64,000 nt of DNA from the human T2T-CHM13v2.0 reference genome, Homo sapiens, in NCBI RefSeq assembly GCF_009914755.1, contig NC_060931.1; one strand, 5' to 3'. The translations under genes were made by a program, and so were the position numbers. Below the pieces are notes generated by a model. That model saw only the letters and a program-made list of their open reading frames with translations. It had not been told where the DNA came from and searched no databases. Below are positions 1 to 16,257 of the stretch, piece after piece. Position 1 is the first letter of the stretch; the number at the start of each line of letters is the position of its first letter.

Positions 1-1284
1 CCTCGCAGCAAACAAAGATGGCAAGACGGCCTGGGCCGACTCTGGGTGAGGGGCTCACCTGGGTCAGGAAGCAGACAGCTCCTGTACGGCCAGGGGCTCT
101 CAGGTTGCTGTGTTTGGTACAGTAACGTCCTGTATTTATTTTTTATGTGGTTACCATCTTTGTCCTCCCAGGAACACAAGCTCAGTGAGAGCAGGGACTT
201 TGTCTGAGCAGTGCCGCATCTCCCCTTGGCACCCAGAACAGGGCCTGCTGCATAGAAGGAAGGCGTCATGCCAGGAAGCGCCTGTGAGCAGGTGGACAGG
301 GCATCGCACACATGCCATCCGGGACAGACATAGCCCCAGACAGATATATTGGGCCGCCCAAGGCCCAATAAAGTTTCCAACCTTGATTGACTTCACTGTC
401 CACCTGGCCACCTGTTACCTCTGTAGGGAGAAATTCTAGTGTGCCCGTCTCCTGCAGGTTCATAAGCCAAATGCTTTTATCTCATCACTTCAAGATCTGG
501 GGCTGGGGATTTCTCATCACTACTTCTGTCTCCTCCTTCCCTCCTTATGGAAGGACGTGAGACCTGTCTGTGGCCCTTTGGATAAGTATCTGTCAGCATT
601 TCGGTCATAATAAACCCTGACTGTAGTTGAATTTCTTTTTCATAATAGGAGGAACAAGAGTGACATTATCTCTGAATAGTCATTCGCACATGCACAGGAG
701 AGCTGTCATTGGCCCTAATGACTCCTTCCATAATCCCACGGTCATCTGGTAAATTTGCCGAAACGGGCCTCATTTTTTGTTCTGGTGTAATGTCTCTGCC
801 TAAGCGTTTAGGTGCTGGGGAGACAGGTGACAATGACATACATACTCAGAAATCTCAGAATGTTTCTTGGTTGCTCGACTGTCCATAATAACACCCTCAC
901 AGTGGCTTTTCTCTCTTATTTCTCAACCAGCATACAAAATCTATATGAGATGAATGGTGGAAAAGGGGCCTTTTTGTTCATTCATCTGTCAGATCCGTTG
1001 AGGTCCTATTATGGGACCTTTAAAACTACCACAGGAGAGGAAAATACTGCCGCATACGTGACAACTCAAGTGGGACCAAAGGAAGTGTTTTACCACAAAT
1101 GTCATTTTCGAAAAATAGAGGTCAACGTATATATAAATCACAACCGTCAAACCAAATTAAATTTTATGAGACTCATATTTCCCCGTTCTTTCCGAGGACC
1201 ATTCCCTGCTCCGATTCCTTCATCCTAATTCTCTTGTTGGATTTTTTTAGATTTGCCTGTGTGTTTCATTTTTCCAGCCATTAG

Positions 1285-1803
<519 letters not shown>

Positions 1804-3272
1804 TAAATTTTGGTACACATGAGAGTCGTGAGAATTGTTGTAATGATCTATGGCCAGGGGAGTATGTGAAAGCAAATGAGTGAGCAGGGTCAGCCAGGAA
1901 GGCTCTGCAGAGGAGGTGAGACTCAGGTTGGACCTTGAAGGGGACACAGTCTTTCGATGGGAGGGAAGACATTCCAGGCACAGAGAAGAGAGGAATGAAA
2001 GGCTCAGGGTTAGAAAGTTGCACAGCACCTGTCGTTTTAAAGTATAGATCTTATTTTTATTCGGGAACGGTGATGCCAACAGATCGAGAGACAAATGGCA
2101 TTGGAAAGACAGTTTGTTGCTGACAGATCCCAAGGGGAGGGGGCAGGGAATGCCACACAGGGCCATGTGCAGAAGCACCGGGTGGGTCAGGAGGCAGAGG
2201 AGGAGGGGACTGTGGCAGGAGCCTCTGCTGTGGCTTCTGAGGGAAGGGCCGGGCCAGGCAAGGTTAGGACTGCCTGGTGTCACAGTCTCAGCGGGCTCCG
2301 GGGCTGGGGGCTGTTCCTGCTGTCAGATGCCCAGCCCCAGTGACAGGACAGAGGCATGAAGCCCTGAGTGTGAGCGCTCACAGAGGATGAGGTGGGACTG
2401 GGCTCTAGGTACAAAAGGTACTACCTCCAGGTGAGCTGCTTGCTGTCTCTGGGAACTGGCTCACCCTGGGAGGGCCATCTCTCCAGGGCCAGCCAGGCCC
2501 AGGTGTGCCAGGTCCAGTGGAAGTGGTGGCTAATGCACCGTGGGCAGGGCCAAGCAGGCACAGAGTGGGGCGTGTGTGAGCGGGATGTGATGGGAGATGG
2601 CCCAAGGGGAGCCGCAGCTGGTGGGAAAGGCCATGCTTGGGGGCTGGCTTGTTTTTATCTAAAAGCACCCCTAAGAAACCGTGGCTGCTGGTCACCGAGC
2701 TCGCTGGCATGTGCCGGAGTGTCCGGGGCTGACCTCGTCCCACTGGGGGCTCTTGACAGCCCTTTAGGGTGACCACTGTGGTCCTCGCTATGTGGACAGG
2801 AAGTCTCAGGAGCTCAGTGTCTCTCGAACGTAGGCCCAGCCAGGCCTCATGCCCCAGAGATTTTGGCCGAGGAGCCACTGCTGCTCTCCTCACGCCCCTT
2901 CCTGGGCAACGGAGCAGAAGTCCTCACCAGCGTTTCAGGAATTTAGAAATATTAGCAGGGAATCACCCAACATGTGGCACAGGGAGTGTCAACGTCCCTG
3001 TTTCCCCTTGAGAGGGATCAGATCTGATGGGAGGGAGGGACAGATGCGGATGGGGAGGTTGCAGGACTCAGCTCAGACACGGCCCTGGGCTCCTAGGGCA
3101 GGGGCCATGGGGGGCAGACATGGCCTCCAGGAGAAGGGCTTTATGAAGGAGCTGGTTCCTTCAGGGCATGGGGTTGAGCGGGAAGGCTGTTTCGGGGGAC
3201 ACACTTGGGAGATGTGAACAAACTGGCCAGAATGCAGAGAGCACAGGGGGAGCTAAGGCAGGCACCAGGCGC

Positions 3273-3570
3273 TGTGGACTGAGCGTGCCCCCAATTCCTG
3301 TGCTGAAATCCTCACCCCCAAGGCGAGGGTGTCAGCAGGCCTTTAGGAGGGGATGGGGTCATGGGGTGGAGCCCTCACCAATGCGATGAGTGCCCCTCTC
3401 CTTCCACCACGTGAGGACACAGGGGCATTTGGCCATCCCCAGCCTGGAAGGGAGTCCTCACCAGGACCCACCCAGGCTGACCCCCTGGTCCCTTCAGTCC
3501 CAGCGCTGTGAGGAAATGAACTCCCATTGCTTGTAAGCCACCCAGTCTGTGGAGTGTCATCACAGTCGCC
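3273..3570 (+). mobile_element. MaLR LTR fragment (MLT1A-like)
   Basis: tgtggactga...tgaaatcctcacccccaagg...tgtgaggaaatgaa...taagccacccagtctgtgg matches MLT1 LTR motifs. Confidence 0.7.
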
Positions 3571-3968
3571 TAGTGGGGAAGGTGGTGTAGGAGGGCACCA
3601 GGCACCCCTGGGCCTGGAGAGGGAGGCTGGACCGCTCGGCACAGCAAGAGCCGTGAATTGGAGTCGGGTGAGATGGATGAGCTGGGGGCCTGTGGGTTAA
3701 CAAGGACCCCAGACTCATCTGCCCCTCCTTCCCTGTGGCTGTGAGCCCCAAGGTCCACAACACCCTGAGGCCTGCCCCAGGCTGAACCCTGCAGGGTGCG
3801 TGACGGGGGAAGGGAGGCCTATGCGGAGGTGCACACAGGGGTCTCCTTTAGGCCAGTGCTCTCCGCACTGGTTGCCAGAGAGGCCGCCTTGCCTGGGCCC
3901 CGAAAACCAACAGCTGGGCAGCCCTGACCCTTTGGTTTGTTTGTTTTAAGGTAGCAAGGACACTTGCA

Positions 3969-4264
3969 TTTTTTTTTTTTTTTTTGAGACGGAGTCTCGC
4001 TCTGTCACCCAGGCTGGAGTGCAGTGGTGCGATCTCGGCAAGCTCCGCCTCCCGGGTTCACACCATTCTCCTGCCTCAGCCTCCTGAATAGCTGGGACTA
4101 CAGGTGCCCGCCACCACACCACGCCCGGCTAATTTTTTGTGTTTTTAGTAGAGACGGGAGTTTCACCGTGTTAGCCAGGATGGTCTCGATCTCCTGACCT
4201 CATGATCCACCCGCCTTGGCCTCCCAAAGTGCTGGGATTACAGGCGTGAGCCACCGCACCCGGC
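3969..4264 (-). mobile_element. AluY-like element
   Basis: AluY-type segments (caagctccgcctcccgggttcac, gtgttagccaggatggtctcgatc). Confidence 0.9.
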
Positions 4265-5446
4265 GGAAAAATTTGCATTTTTTAAAACTCACCGATCTGT
4301 CAAAATAGTTCAAGCAAGAGGTTGGGAGCTTCTACATCAGGGTCCTACCACTGAAATCAAGCAAATGTAAGAGAGGCTGTGGAGGAGACCCCACCATGTG
4401 CAGCAGGGGAGGGGTGACAGAAGGAGCACTGACCCTCGATGACAGAGGACGATGGTGTCGTGACCAGAAATAGAGCCTTCCACAGGCGGAGCCCGTCTTG
4501 GGAGGAAGATCGCGGTTCTGGGGTGAGGCTGTCACATGTGAGCTGCTGGACCCCAGAAGCGTCTGCCTGTGGTCGGTAGGAAGGAGGTCCCGCACCCAGG
4601 TCTCTGTCTCCTTGTGGAGGGACAGGAAGGGCCCTAGGAAGGAAGCCATGCAAGAGAGAAGAAAGAGGAGGCAAGGACACACTCAGGAGGGTCAGAGAAA
4701 GGGCCAGATGGGGAGTGGAGGGAGATCGAGAGAGCCAGCACCCCAGGAACCCAAGCATGGAGCTCAGGATCAGGGAACAAAGCCCATCACTCCACAGCCC
4801 TTCTGCCTCTGAAGATCCAAAGAATATTAAACAGGAAAGACAAAACAAACGACAACCCGGAAAGACAGAAGTCCCCAGGGAAGGGCTGGGAATCTAGAGC
4901 TGGGCTGATTCAAAGCCTGAAGCTTCCTTGGGAGTGAAGATAAACGCAGCACAGCGTCGAGTCCCCTGCCGGCTTATGAGGTGTGCAAACTCTGCGATTT
5001 GTTTGAGGGAACTGGCCTCTGGGCCTTCCTGGTTTCCTGTGCCTTTACCAGAAGCCCCCATCTGTCCCTCCCTCTGCAGGGGCCCTCCAGCCACCTCCTC
5101 TCAGGAGGTTTCATTTGGCTGTGGTGGGCACGGGGAGGAGCCGTCAGAAGCAGGGGTACTCAGTGTCTGTGGAAGTTGCTAGACGTGCAAGTTTTCCTGC
5201 TGACACCAGAGTTTCAGCCAGGCAGGGTGCGCTTGGCTTGGCAGCTTTCCATGGAAGGGGTTCTGGAGCATCTTTTTCTCCTCCTCTTAGCTCTGGATGG
5301 AGGGGGGCCACCTCCTCACGTCCCTCCTCCCTTCCCCACACGCAGCTGCACCTTGTCTGCTTCCTCTCCATGTGCAGAATTACCTTTGGGATGAGGTTAA
5401 TGACTCTCCTCTGAGCAGCCATTGACCCTGGCCTCCGGAGTGCTGA

Positions 5447-6116
<670 letters not shown>

Positions 6117-6647
6117 CCCCACAGAGCTTTGATTTGTTTTATCTTTAAAGAATTCTGCCTCCCTCTACATCAGCACATTGTTAGTGAGCACCCAGTTGCT
6201 TCTAGAACATTCTTTCTTGGCCTTGAAATCTAACTAGAGAGCCAGAGGAGCCCAGCCAGGGTTAAAGAACTCCTGTCTCTCACGAAAAAAGAGTCCTGGT
6301 CTCTCCAGACAAAAATGTAAACCTTTTATTATAGAAATTTCAGTTTCTCCCCTAGAGGTCGCTAAGTGTAGTTACATTTTTGGTGATCATCTGTTTTGGA
6401 GCTCCGTGTAAAGCAACCCATTTTCAGTACTGATTTTTAAATCATTCGCATGTTCATTTGTAAATTCGTTAATGCATTAAACACCAAGTTGAGGCTGGAC
6501 CCTGGGAGAGATGCTGGAGGTGCAGGGATGCGTGAGACCCTGACCTTGCCTCAGGGCAAGTCCACAAGCAGCCAGAAGTGATGACACATGTGGTGAGAGG
6601 ACTCAGCAGCCGAGGAGGAGTCAGTGCCGTGGGGGTGGTGCGCTCCA

Positions 6648-7176
<529 letters not shown>

Positions 7177-7518
7177 CTAGAGCCTGCTTTAATAAACCTG
7201 CTAGGGGCCATCACGTTAAAGAAGGTAATTGTGTTTGACTTACTGTTTGTTGATTTGGCCCAGACTCTGTGAAGTTGGATGCTACCTCATAGAAGATTGT
7301 AAGTTGCAAAGCCAGAGGTCACGGTTATATTGCTCTCATAGCTGGTTTTATTTCTAACTTTTTGATCTTATTGAGCATTCTTTCTTTCATTCACTCTACA
7401 TACTTTGACATATATTCCCCTCCGAACCAGTTTTACCATCTTACTAGTTCCTCATTAATGAGTGAAATAAATCTTTGACACACACTATATATTTGTATGA
7501 GAATTTGTATGCATGTAT

Positions 7519-8421
<903 letters not shown>

Positions 8422-9031
8422 TGGGAGTTGTGTTTTTAAATGAATGCTTTGACAGTGATCTGCACTGTGCTGGGGGTACTCTGAAGAGGGTATAGGAGTA
8501 CAGAATTAGGACATAGATTCTGGCAGCCTGGCAGGGGCAGTGAGAGGCTAAGAGGGATGCTGTTCAGAGGCTTCCGAAAGGCCCGGATGCTCTCCAGATT
8601 CCAAAGGAGTCAGCCAGTTGCAGAGAGGAGGGGTGGAAGGAGCAGACACACTCTGAGAGGGGGAAGAGTGGTGCAGGGGGACAGGTGTTGGAGACTGCGT
8701 GATGCCTCCAGGTAATGACAAACCGCGGCTGCAGGAGGAAGTGCAGGCAGAGCCTAATGGAGCCATGTGGCACCTGCCTGGGTTCCCCAATCATTTGGCA
8801 CCTGTTCCAATCGACATCTTTCAAAAAGGGAGACCAGGCACTGGGCGGGAAGGGCAGGGTAGTTTGACCTTGGCTGCCACCTTCAGTGGTCCACCCTTTT
8901 CCCAATCCATTGATCCTGGCCCTGAAACTGTTTTATGCTCAGCAAAACAACAGCCCTGTAGATAACCAGACACTCGCTGCTCAGAAGGCAGGTGAGGGGG
9001 TCATCTCATGGAGAATGGCCACAGGGCCTAG

Positions 9032-9644
<613 letters not shown>

Positions 9645-9928
9645 CTACTGCCCTGACCACCGCTGACCCCGCAGCAGCCCCTGTGGCTGAGAGCCTGCCC
9701 TGAGTGCCCAGTGCCTGAACAAGATGAGGGAGCCCACAGGGTCAGGAAGCCCCCAGGCCTCAGGTGAATGCTTCTGGGGCCAGGAAAGCAGCCAGACAGA
9801 CTGAATCCATACATGCCGAGCATCCAGGCCAGAGGAGGGCAGGGAGCTCTAGGCAGAGCCCCCGCCCAGGACCCCAGCGTTCCTCAGTCTTGTTTATTTC
9901 TCCCTCAGGCAGCCGAATACACACATCC

Positions 9929-9982
9929 AGGGTGGGGAGGGTGGGGAGGGTGGGGAGGGTGGGGAGGGTGGGGAGGGTGGGG
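9929..9982 (+). repeat. (AGGGTGGGG)6 perfect tandem repeat, G-quadruplex motif
   Basis: Six exact 9-bp units read directly. Confidence 0.95.
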
Positions 9983-11184
9983 CTGCAGGGACCAACCAGA
10001 GGAAGGAGACCTGGAGTCGCTTAGCAAAGGTGAATGAGCGTCCGCAGTGCAGCTTGGGGTCTTGAGAGTAAGTTGAACCCGCCAGGCGTCTGTTTCCCCC
10101 TCACACATGCACAGACCAGGCAAGGACCCGGAAGGCAGGAGGCTGCCGGGAAAAGCGCCCACCGGTCACTTGGCACCGTGAGCTACGCACGTGAGCCACG
10201 TGCGCCCTGACTGCTGGCTCTTTCCTTAGTGCTTATACGTGATTGATAAAAGGTGCTAAATTGACGGCCTGAAATGGAAGTCATCCCTTTTTCTTCCTTT
10301 CTTCTTTTTTTTTTTTTTAAACAAACAAAACGTATTCTCCATGAAATCGCCCAGTGCTTTGGTTTAACACCCAGAGGACTGGTTTCACTAAGAGGAGCCC
10401 ACCTAAGTCACCGAGGACTCTGAAACCGCTAAACCATGCCACAGGGCCAGCATTCAACACGGAGGCACTTTGCACCCAGTAAAATCCAACTGAAAAAATG
10501 TGGGGCTTGGTCCTCCGCACTCCCCAGTATCTGGTCCCAGCCCGCCTACGACCCCCATCTCCTCCCCTGAGACATTGCCCAGGCAGCCGGGGGCCTCCCA
10601 CGGAAGCCTGAGCAGCTCGTCTTGCTTGCCCTTCCCTCTGTGCTGTGGTGCGTGTTCTCCATTACCTGGAGGCCTGTAAGGTGTCGTGAGCTGTGCCGAT
10701 GTGTGACAAACATTTGGTGACCTTGAATGAATCACTCTTTTTCTGGGCCTCAGCTTCTTTCAGCGTAACATAGGCTGGAATAATATCCTCCGGCTTCCTA
10801 GCTTATGGGTGGGCCCATTTATGCATCAGCTGCATAGATAAATATCGCACGGCCCCTCTCCACTAGACACTGTGCCGGGGCCAGAGCTTTCAAGCCAACC
10901 TGAGTGAGCTCCTCTGAGATCCCCGGATCGTGAAGTTCATTCTCTTTTTGCCCATCAGGATTGGATGGTTCCAGTCTCAGCATTGTGCTCCTGGGTCCTT
11001 TCCCTCTTCACAGACGCGATGGAGGAAGGCAGCTGCCATGGGCCCTGATGGGGGATAGGGAGGCCTCAGTCCTGTCTGACTCAAGAGCTAGTCCAACCCC
11101 AGGTTCGCCTAGACCCTTCCCTTCTCCAAGATGAGTGTTCTGTGGAACCTTAATCTATCCACATAACTCTTGTTTTCTGTGTCT

Positions 11185-11306
11185 CTGAAGTGAGGATTTG
11201 AGGGTTTCGATGGCTACCCCAGTGCTGAGAACTGGCTCACTTTGGCTGAAGTGAGGATTTGAGGGTTTTGATGTCTACCCCAGTGCTGAGAACTGGCTCA
11301 CTTTGG
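11185..11306. repeat. 61-bp tandem duplication (2 copies, 2 mismatches)
   Basis: ctgaagtgaggatttgagggttt...gagaactggctcactttgg at 11185-11245 and 11246-11306. Confidence 0.95.
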
Positions 11307-11469
11307 TGCCAGGGGACTTGCCCCCTTTGCCTCTGGCTGTGCAAGCTGCACAGTCTTTTCCTAATTACACCACCCTGTGGTTTTGCCGACTTCCGGGGTA
11401 TTCATTATCTACGCTGACCTCCAGCTCGTTCTCTACCAAATATTTTGGCCGGTCATTCTACATTTCATT

Positions 11470-12070
11470 TTATTGTTTCTTTTTTTCGTTGAGGTGAAAT
11501 TCACCTCACATAAAATTAACCATTTTAAAGAATACCATTCACAACTTAGTAGATTCCCAGTGCTGTGCAACCACCACATCTGTCTAGTTCCAAAACATTT
11601 TTATCATGCCACAAAGAGACCTCATACCCAATAGCAGTCACTTCCCATCCCCTCCTCTCCCCATCCCCTGGCAACCACCAACCTGCGTTCTGTCTCAATG
11701 GATGGAAAGATCCTGGACATTTCGTAAACTGGAATCGTGCGGTGCATGGACCTTGGGTCAGGCTTGCTTAGCTTTGCATCAGTCATGTTTTGAGATTTGT
11801 CCATGTGGTAGCAGGTGTGGGTGCTTTGTTCCTTTCTATGGCTGAATCCTGTTCCATGGTGCAGAGTCCTTTTGTTTATCCACTCAGTGCTGGGCGTTTG
11901 CCTTGTTCACGGCTTTGACTGTCGTGACTAGTGCACTAGGAGCATGTGCCTGCAGGTATCTGTTAAGACACCTGTTGTCTGTTCTCTTGGGTCAGTGGCT
12001 GGGGGCGGAGTTGCTGGCTTATGCGGTGACTGTGTGTAGCTTTTGGAGGAGCCACTGACCATGTGGATGT
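11470..12070 (-). mobile_element. Old L1 (L1MB-like) 3' fragment
   Basis: tgaggtgaaattcac...aaaattaaccattttaaag...cccctggcaaccacca is the typical reverse complement of an L1M 3' end. Confidence 0.8.
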
Positions 12071-13480
12071 TTTCAGCTGAAAGCGTTGAGAGTTTTGCGC
12101 TTTGCCTTTCGAGTTCTCTAGGAAGCAAGCCACCAGCATGCCTGCTTACACAGTCTCCTCTGCATCCGTGTCGCCAGTTTACCAAGGTCATTTTGAATTC
12201 TCCTGCCACCCTCCCAAGACTTAGCCACCCACCACCTTGGTTTCCTCTGCACACTTAGTGAGCACGTTTCCTATCCTGTCATTTAAGCCACTTACGAAGT
12301 GTTAAATGCACCAGGCCCCAGGCCAATCCCACTCCAGCAGCCAGTTTGTCCTGACATGCTCTCCATGCTTGCAGCCGGCCTTCTCTGTGTCCCTTGGGTC
12401 CCCCAGAGCCACACGGCCACACGAAACCAGAGTTTGCTTGTGATGGGGCTGCAGAGATCTCCAAAGATGAGCTCCAGGGCTCTCCTGGTGGGCACAAGGC
12501 CGTGGCTGTCTCTCCCGTGGCTCCCTAGCTGGCGCAGCTTGTGTGGCACCATCAAGGGGGAGAGAGGGACGTGGTCAGCTTGGGGCAGTGGCAGTAGAAG
12601 CGGCACTGGCACTCGGGTTTCTTAAGAGCACAAGGATGAGTGAGAGGTGGGGCTCGGGGTCAGATTAGGGGAAATGAAAATGCTACTGAGCAGGGAGATG
12701 GTGTGGAGCTCCCAGACAGGGAGTAAAATTAGCACGAGACAGACCATGGGGCAGGAGCAAAGACTCGGGAGAGGAAGAAGCTGGGGAACTTGGAGGGCAC
12801 CCTGCAGGCATCGCCAGCAGACCCGGAAAAGGCAAGTCTCTGTTGAAGGGAGTGGCTCTTCCCTCGTCAACACTGCCAGGAGGCAGTTTCTTTAAATCTT
12901 AAGGGGACTGGGCCTGCCGATCTGGCTTCCAGGGCAGAAGACTCATCCTTCCCTGCCTAAGGACCTTCCTTATGCCGTGGGCCAGCAATGGTGTCTGTTT
13001 GGTGTGTGTTTGGGGCAGAAAGGGTTGGGGTCGAAGCTGGACCCCCAGCCTGTGCCCACAGCTCTGTCACTGCTTACCATGGTCCTGGCCAAGTCTTCCT
13101 CTCCAGGCTTTCTCTGAGCCCTCACTTGTCAAACAGGAGGAAGGATGAGATGGTATGGAAGGTCCCCTCCATCACTGATGGCCTCCAAGCCCTCAGAGGT
13201 TTGTTCCCAGGGGTTTCACTGTTTGGGTCCAGTCCTTCTGTGGCCCAGTTCTTGACTGTGAGCTTTTGACTAAAACTCACCCAGACTTGATGGTGGGCAT
13301 AGCAAGAGCCTGTATCTCCAAGGCACAAGAGGGGGTTGTGCAGGACTCAACTTGTCCCAGGTGTGGGGACGCCTTGCAGCCCTGCCCACCTCACCAGGTA
13401 CCAGCAGGTGCACATGGTCTACATGGCAGCCTCAGTCCCTAAGGCATGTCCAGCCCATCTCAGTGTCTCCCTCTGCACAG

Positions 13481-13590
13481 GTGGGAGCTATCGGCGACGA
13501 GGAGGAGTGGGTCACCCTCTATGAAGAGGAGAATGAGCCTGATGCCCAGATGCTGGAGATCCCAAACCTCACACCCTACACTCACTACAG
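13481..13590 (+). CDS. SDK1: SDK1 coding exon (110 nt, phase 0-2): VGAIGDEEEWVTLYEEENEPDAQMLEIPNLTPYTHYR
   Basis: Acceptor tctccctctgcacag|GTG; donor AG|gtgaga; FnIII 'LTPYTHY' motif. Confidence 0.96.
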
Positions 13591-14814
13591 GTGAGAACAG
13601 CAGTGATAAGCTGTTACAGGAGGAAACACTGGCAGCCCAGGCAGGTGCCTTCTGTTGGCAATAGTAAAACCCAGTCGTACGTATGCAAATCAGATGTTTC
13701 CTAGTGGCAATAACAGTACCTAAAAGCCTTAAGGAGCAGGCGGGATGCATAGCTTGGTGTTATTCCAAGGGAGATGATAGGCAGATGTTAGACTCATGAG
13801 GCTCCTTCTATCAGTACCAGCTGGCAAAACACCCCATAGAAATGGCCCACTGTTATTATATTAGGCTGAATAACCAAGAACCACAGGCAGCAGAGATGTG
13901 GCACTTTACCAAACTCCACAACCTGTTGGGACTATTAACGTGCCGTGTGCAAACAAAGCAGATGTCCTAGGAAGATCCTTCTGCTCCCCTTCCCAAGCAG
14001 GGCCCAGGAGCTGCTAGTCTCACTTATCAAGCAATTAACATGCCATTTAACCTTTAGCTTCTTGAACCCCGAAACCGATCCGGGCAGTAAATCCTTGGCC
14101 TTAACAAAGGGTAGGGTGATTATGAGCTGTTAGTACTGTGATCACTTCCCGTAAGGCCTTTGAAGGAGATGGAATTTCCAGTTATCACCAGATGTTGAGT
14201 TTGATAATGTCATTGTTCTGCCAGGATGGAACATTTCATACGATTGGAGAATGAAAGAATAGGAATTAGTAATTCAGGGACTAAAAGGTGAAATTACATC
14301 TTTATGAAGAATTTTTCTTTCCGGCACAAAACCAAAGTTAGAGTTAAAAAAAAAAAACAATGAGAGATGCTATTTAGCTTCTATTCATTTTAACATCCTT
14401 CAGGAGCTTAGAACAGACAAATCAGGACACAATACACTGGGTTTTAAAGAAAAACATTTAGCTTAAAATGAGCTGTTGGGATTCAAGACTTACCATGTGA
14501 AATTAACTGAAGCTATATAGTTATTTCAAAGAACAGAAACTGTAAGTAGAGATCAGTGTCCCTGTCTGAAACTCAGGTACATTTGGGGAAACCTCTATAG
14601 TAAATGTATATGTGCATACTTGGGATATTTTTCTTGTATGTAAATTGAATTCAAATAATTGTTTATGTATGTGTAAAGAAGAGACAGAACTGAAAGCATT
14701 CCTGTAGATTTTAGAGAACATTGAACTCCACCTTCATTTTATAGTTAAGGAAACGGAGATCATCTGATTTGCTGTAAGTCTCACAGTTACTCACTGGATG
14801 GAATCACAGAGTGT

Positions 14815-15265
14815 GGTGTGAGCGGATAGAGGCCTCAGTTACCTGACAAAGTTTATTCTGCCAAGGTTGAGGATGCACCCGTGACCCAGCATCAGGAGAT
14901 CCTGGCAACATGTGCCCAAGGTGGTCAGGGCACAGCTTGCTTTTATACATTTTAGGGAGACATGAGACATCAATCAATATATGCAAGGTGAACATTGGTT
15001 CAGTCTGGAAAGGCAGGAAAGCTTGAAGCAAAGGCAGGAAGACTCCAAGCAGGGAGGGGGCTTGCAGGTCACAGATAGGTGAGAGACAAAGGGTCCCATT
15101 CTTCTGAGTTTCTGATGAGCCTTTCCAAAGGAGGCCATCAGATCTGCATTGATCTCAGTGAGCAGAGGGATGACTTTGAAGAGAATGAGAAGCAGGTTTG
15201 CCCTAACGCAGCTTGCGTTTTCCTTGTAGCTTAGTGATTTGGGGTTCAAGATATTTTCCTTTCAC
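14815..15265 (-). mobile_element. ERV1 solo LTR, MER4A/MER4A1-like
   Basis: Reverse complement begins GTGAAAGGAAAATATCTTG...AAATCACTAAGCTA, like MER4A LTRs. Confidence 0.8.
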
Positions 15266-15576
15266 CCCTCATTCTTCTCCTGAACCAACAGAAGAAGAGA
15301 TGCAGAGTGCCGTTGATCATTTAAAAGGCTGGACTTCAAAACTGCCCTTTGGTAGTGACATCCTGATATTCCAATTCTGTCCCATAGCTACTTGCACTTT
15401 AACCCCTCGAGGTTATCCTAAACTTGAATCAGGGCAACTGATGACATCAATTTCTGGACACCCAATCCATCCAACTAGATTTCACTTGCAAATTTAAAAT
15501 TGTTGAGTTGCAACTGATGTACCTGTACCTTTCTTTGAAGTCTTTTAGGGGAAAAAGGGCACATATGCAATTTGCA

Positions 15577-15926
15577 TTTTTTTTTTTTCTGAGGCAGAGT
15601 CTCGCTCTGTCACCTAGGCTGGAGTGCAGTGACACCATCTCAGCTCATGCAACCTCTGCTTCCCTGGTTCAAGCCATTCTCCTGCATCAGCCTCTTGAGT
15701 AGCTGGGATTCCAGGCACCCGCCACCACGCCTGGCTAATTTTTGTATTTTTAGTAGAGACGAGATTTCGCCATGTTGGCCAGGCTGATCTGGAACTCTTC
15801 ACCTCAGGTGATCCCCCGCTGCCTCCTGCCTCAGCCTCCCTAAGTGCTGGGATTTGATCCCCCGCCACCGCCTGCCTTGGCCTCCCTTAGTGCTAGGATT
15901 ACAGGTGTGAGCCACCACACCTGGCC
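15577..15926 (-). mobile_element. AluS-like element with internal ~46-bp duplication
   Basis: tgatcccccg...gcctccct..gtgct.ggatt occurs twice (~15809-15900); TSD caatttgca.ttt. Confidence 0.9.
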
Positions 15927-16106
15927 ACAATTTGCACTTTTAATGAAACCAGGTGAAAAGAGGGTGTCCTTGAGCAATAGCCTTTATGATATGAGTAGAC
16001 ACCTATCTGAGCCCTCCCTTGAGAAACAGTCAGCGCCTTTGTGGTTTCCTTCTTTTCCTTCTTACCTTTGCTTTGCCGTGACTCTCATCAGTGGTTTTTC
16101 CTTTAG

Positions 16107-16257
16107 ATTTCGAATGAAGCAAGTGAACATTGTTGGGCCGAGCCCCTACAGTCCGTCTTCCCGGGTCATCCAGACCCTGCAGGCCCCACCCGACGTGGCT
16201 CCAACCAGCGTCACGGTCCGTACTGCCAGTGAGACCAGCCTGCGGCTTCGCTGGGTG
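16107..16257 (+). CDS. SDK1: SDK1 coding exon (151 nt, phase 2-0): [50 protein letters not shown]
   Basis: Acceptor tttttcctttag|A; donor GTG|gtgagt; in frame with both neighbours. Confidence 0.96.
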
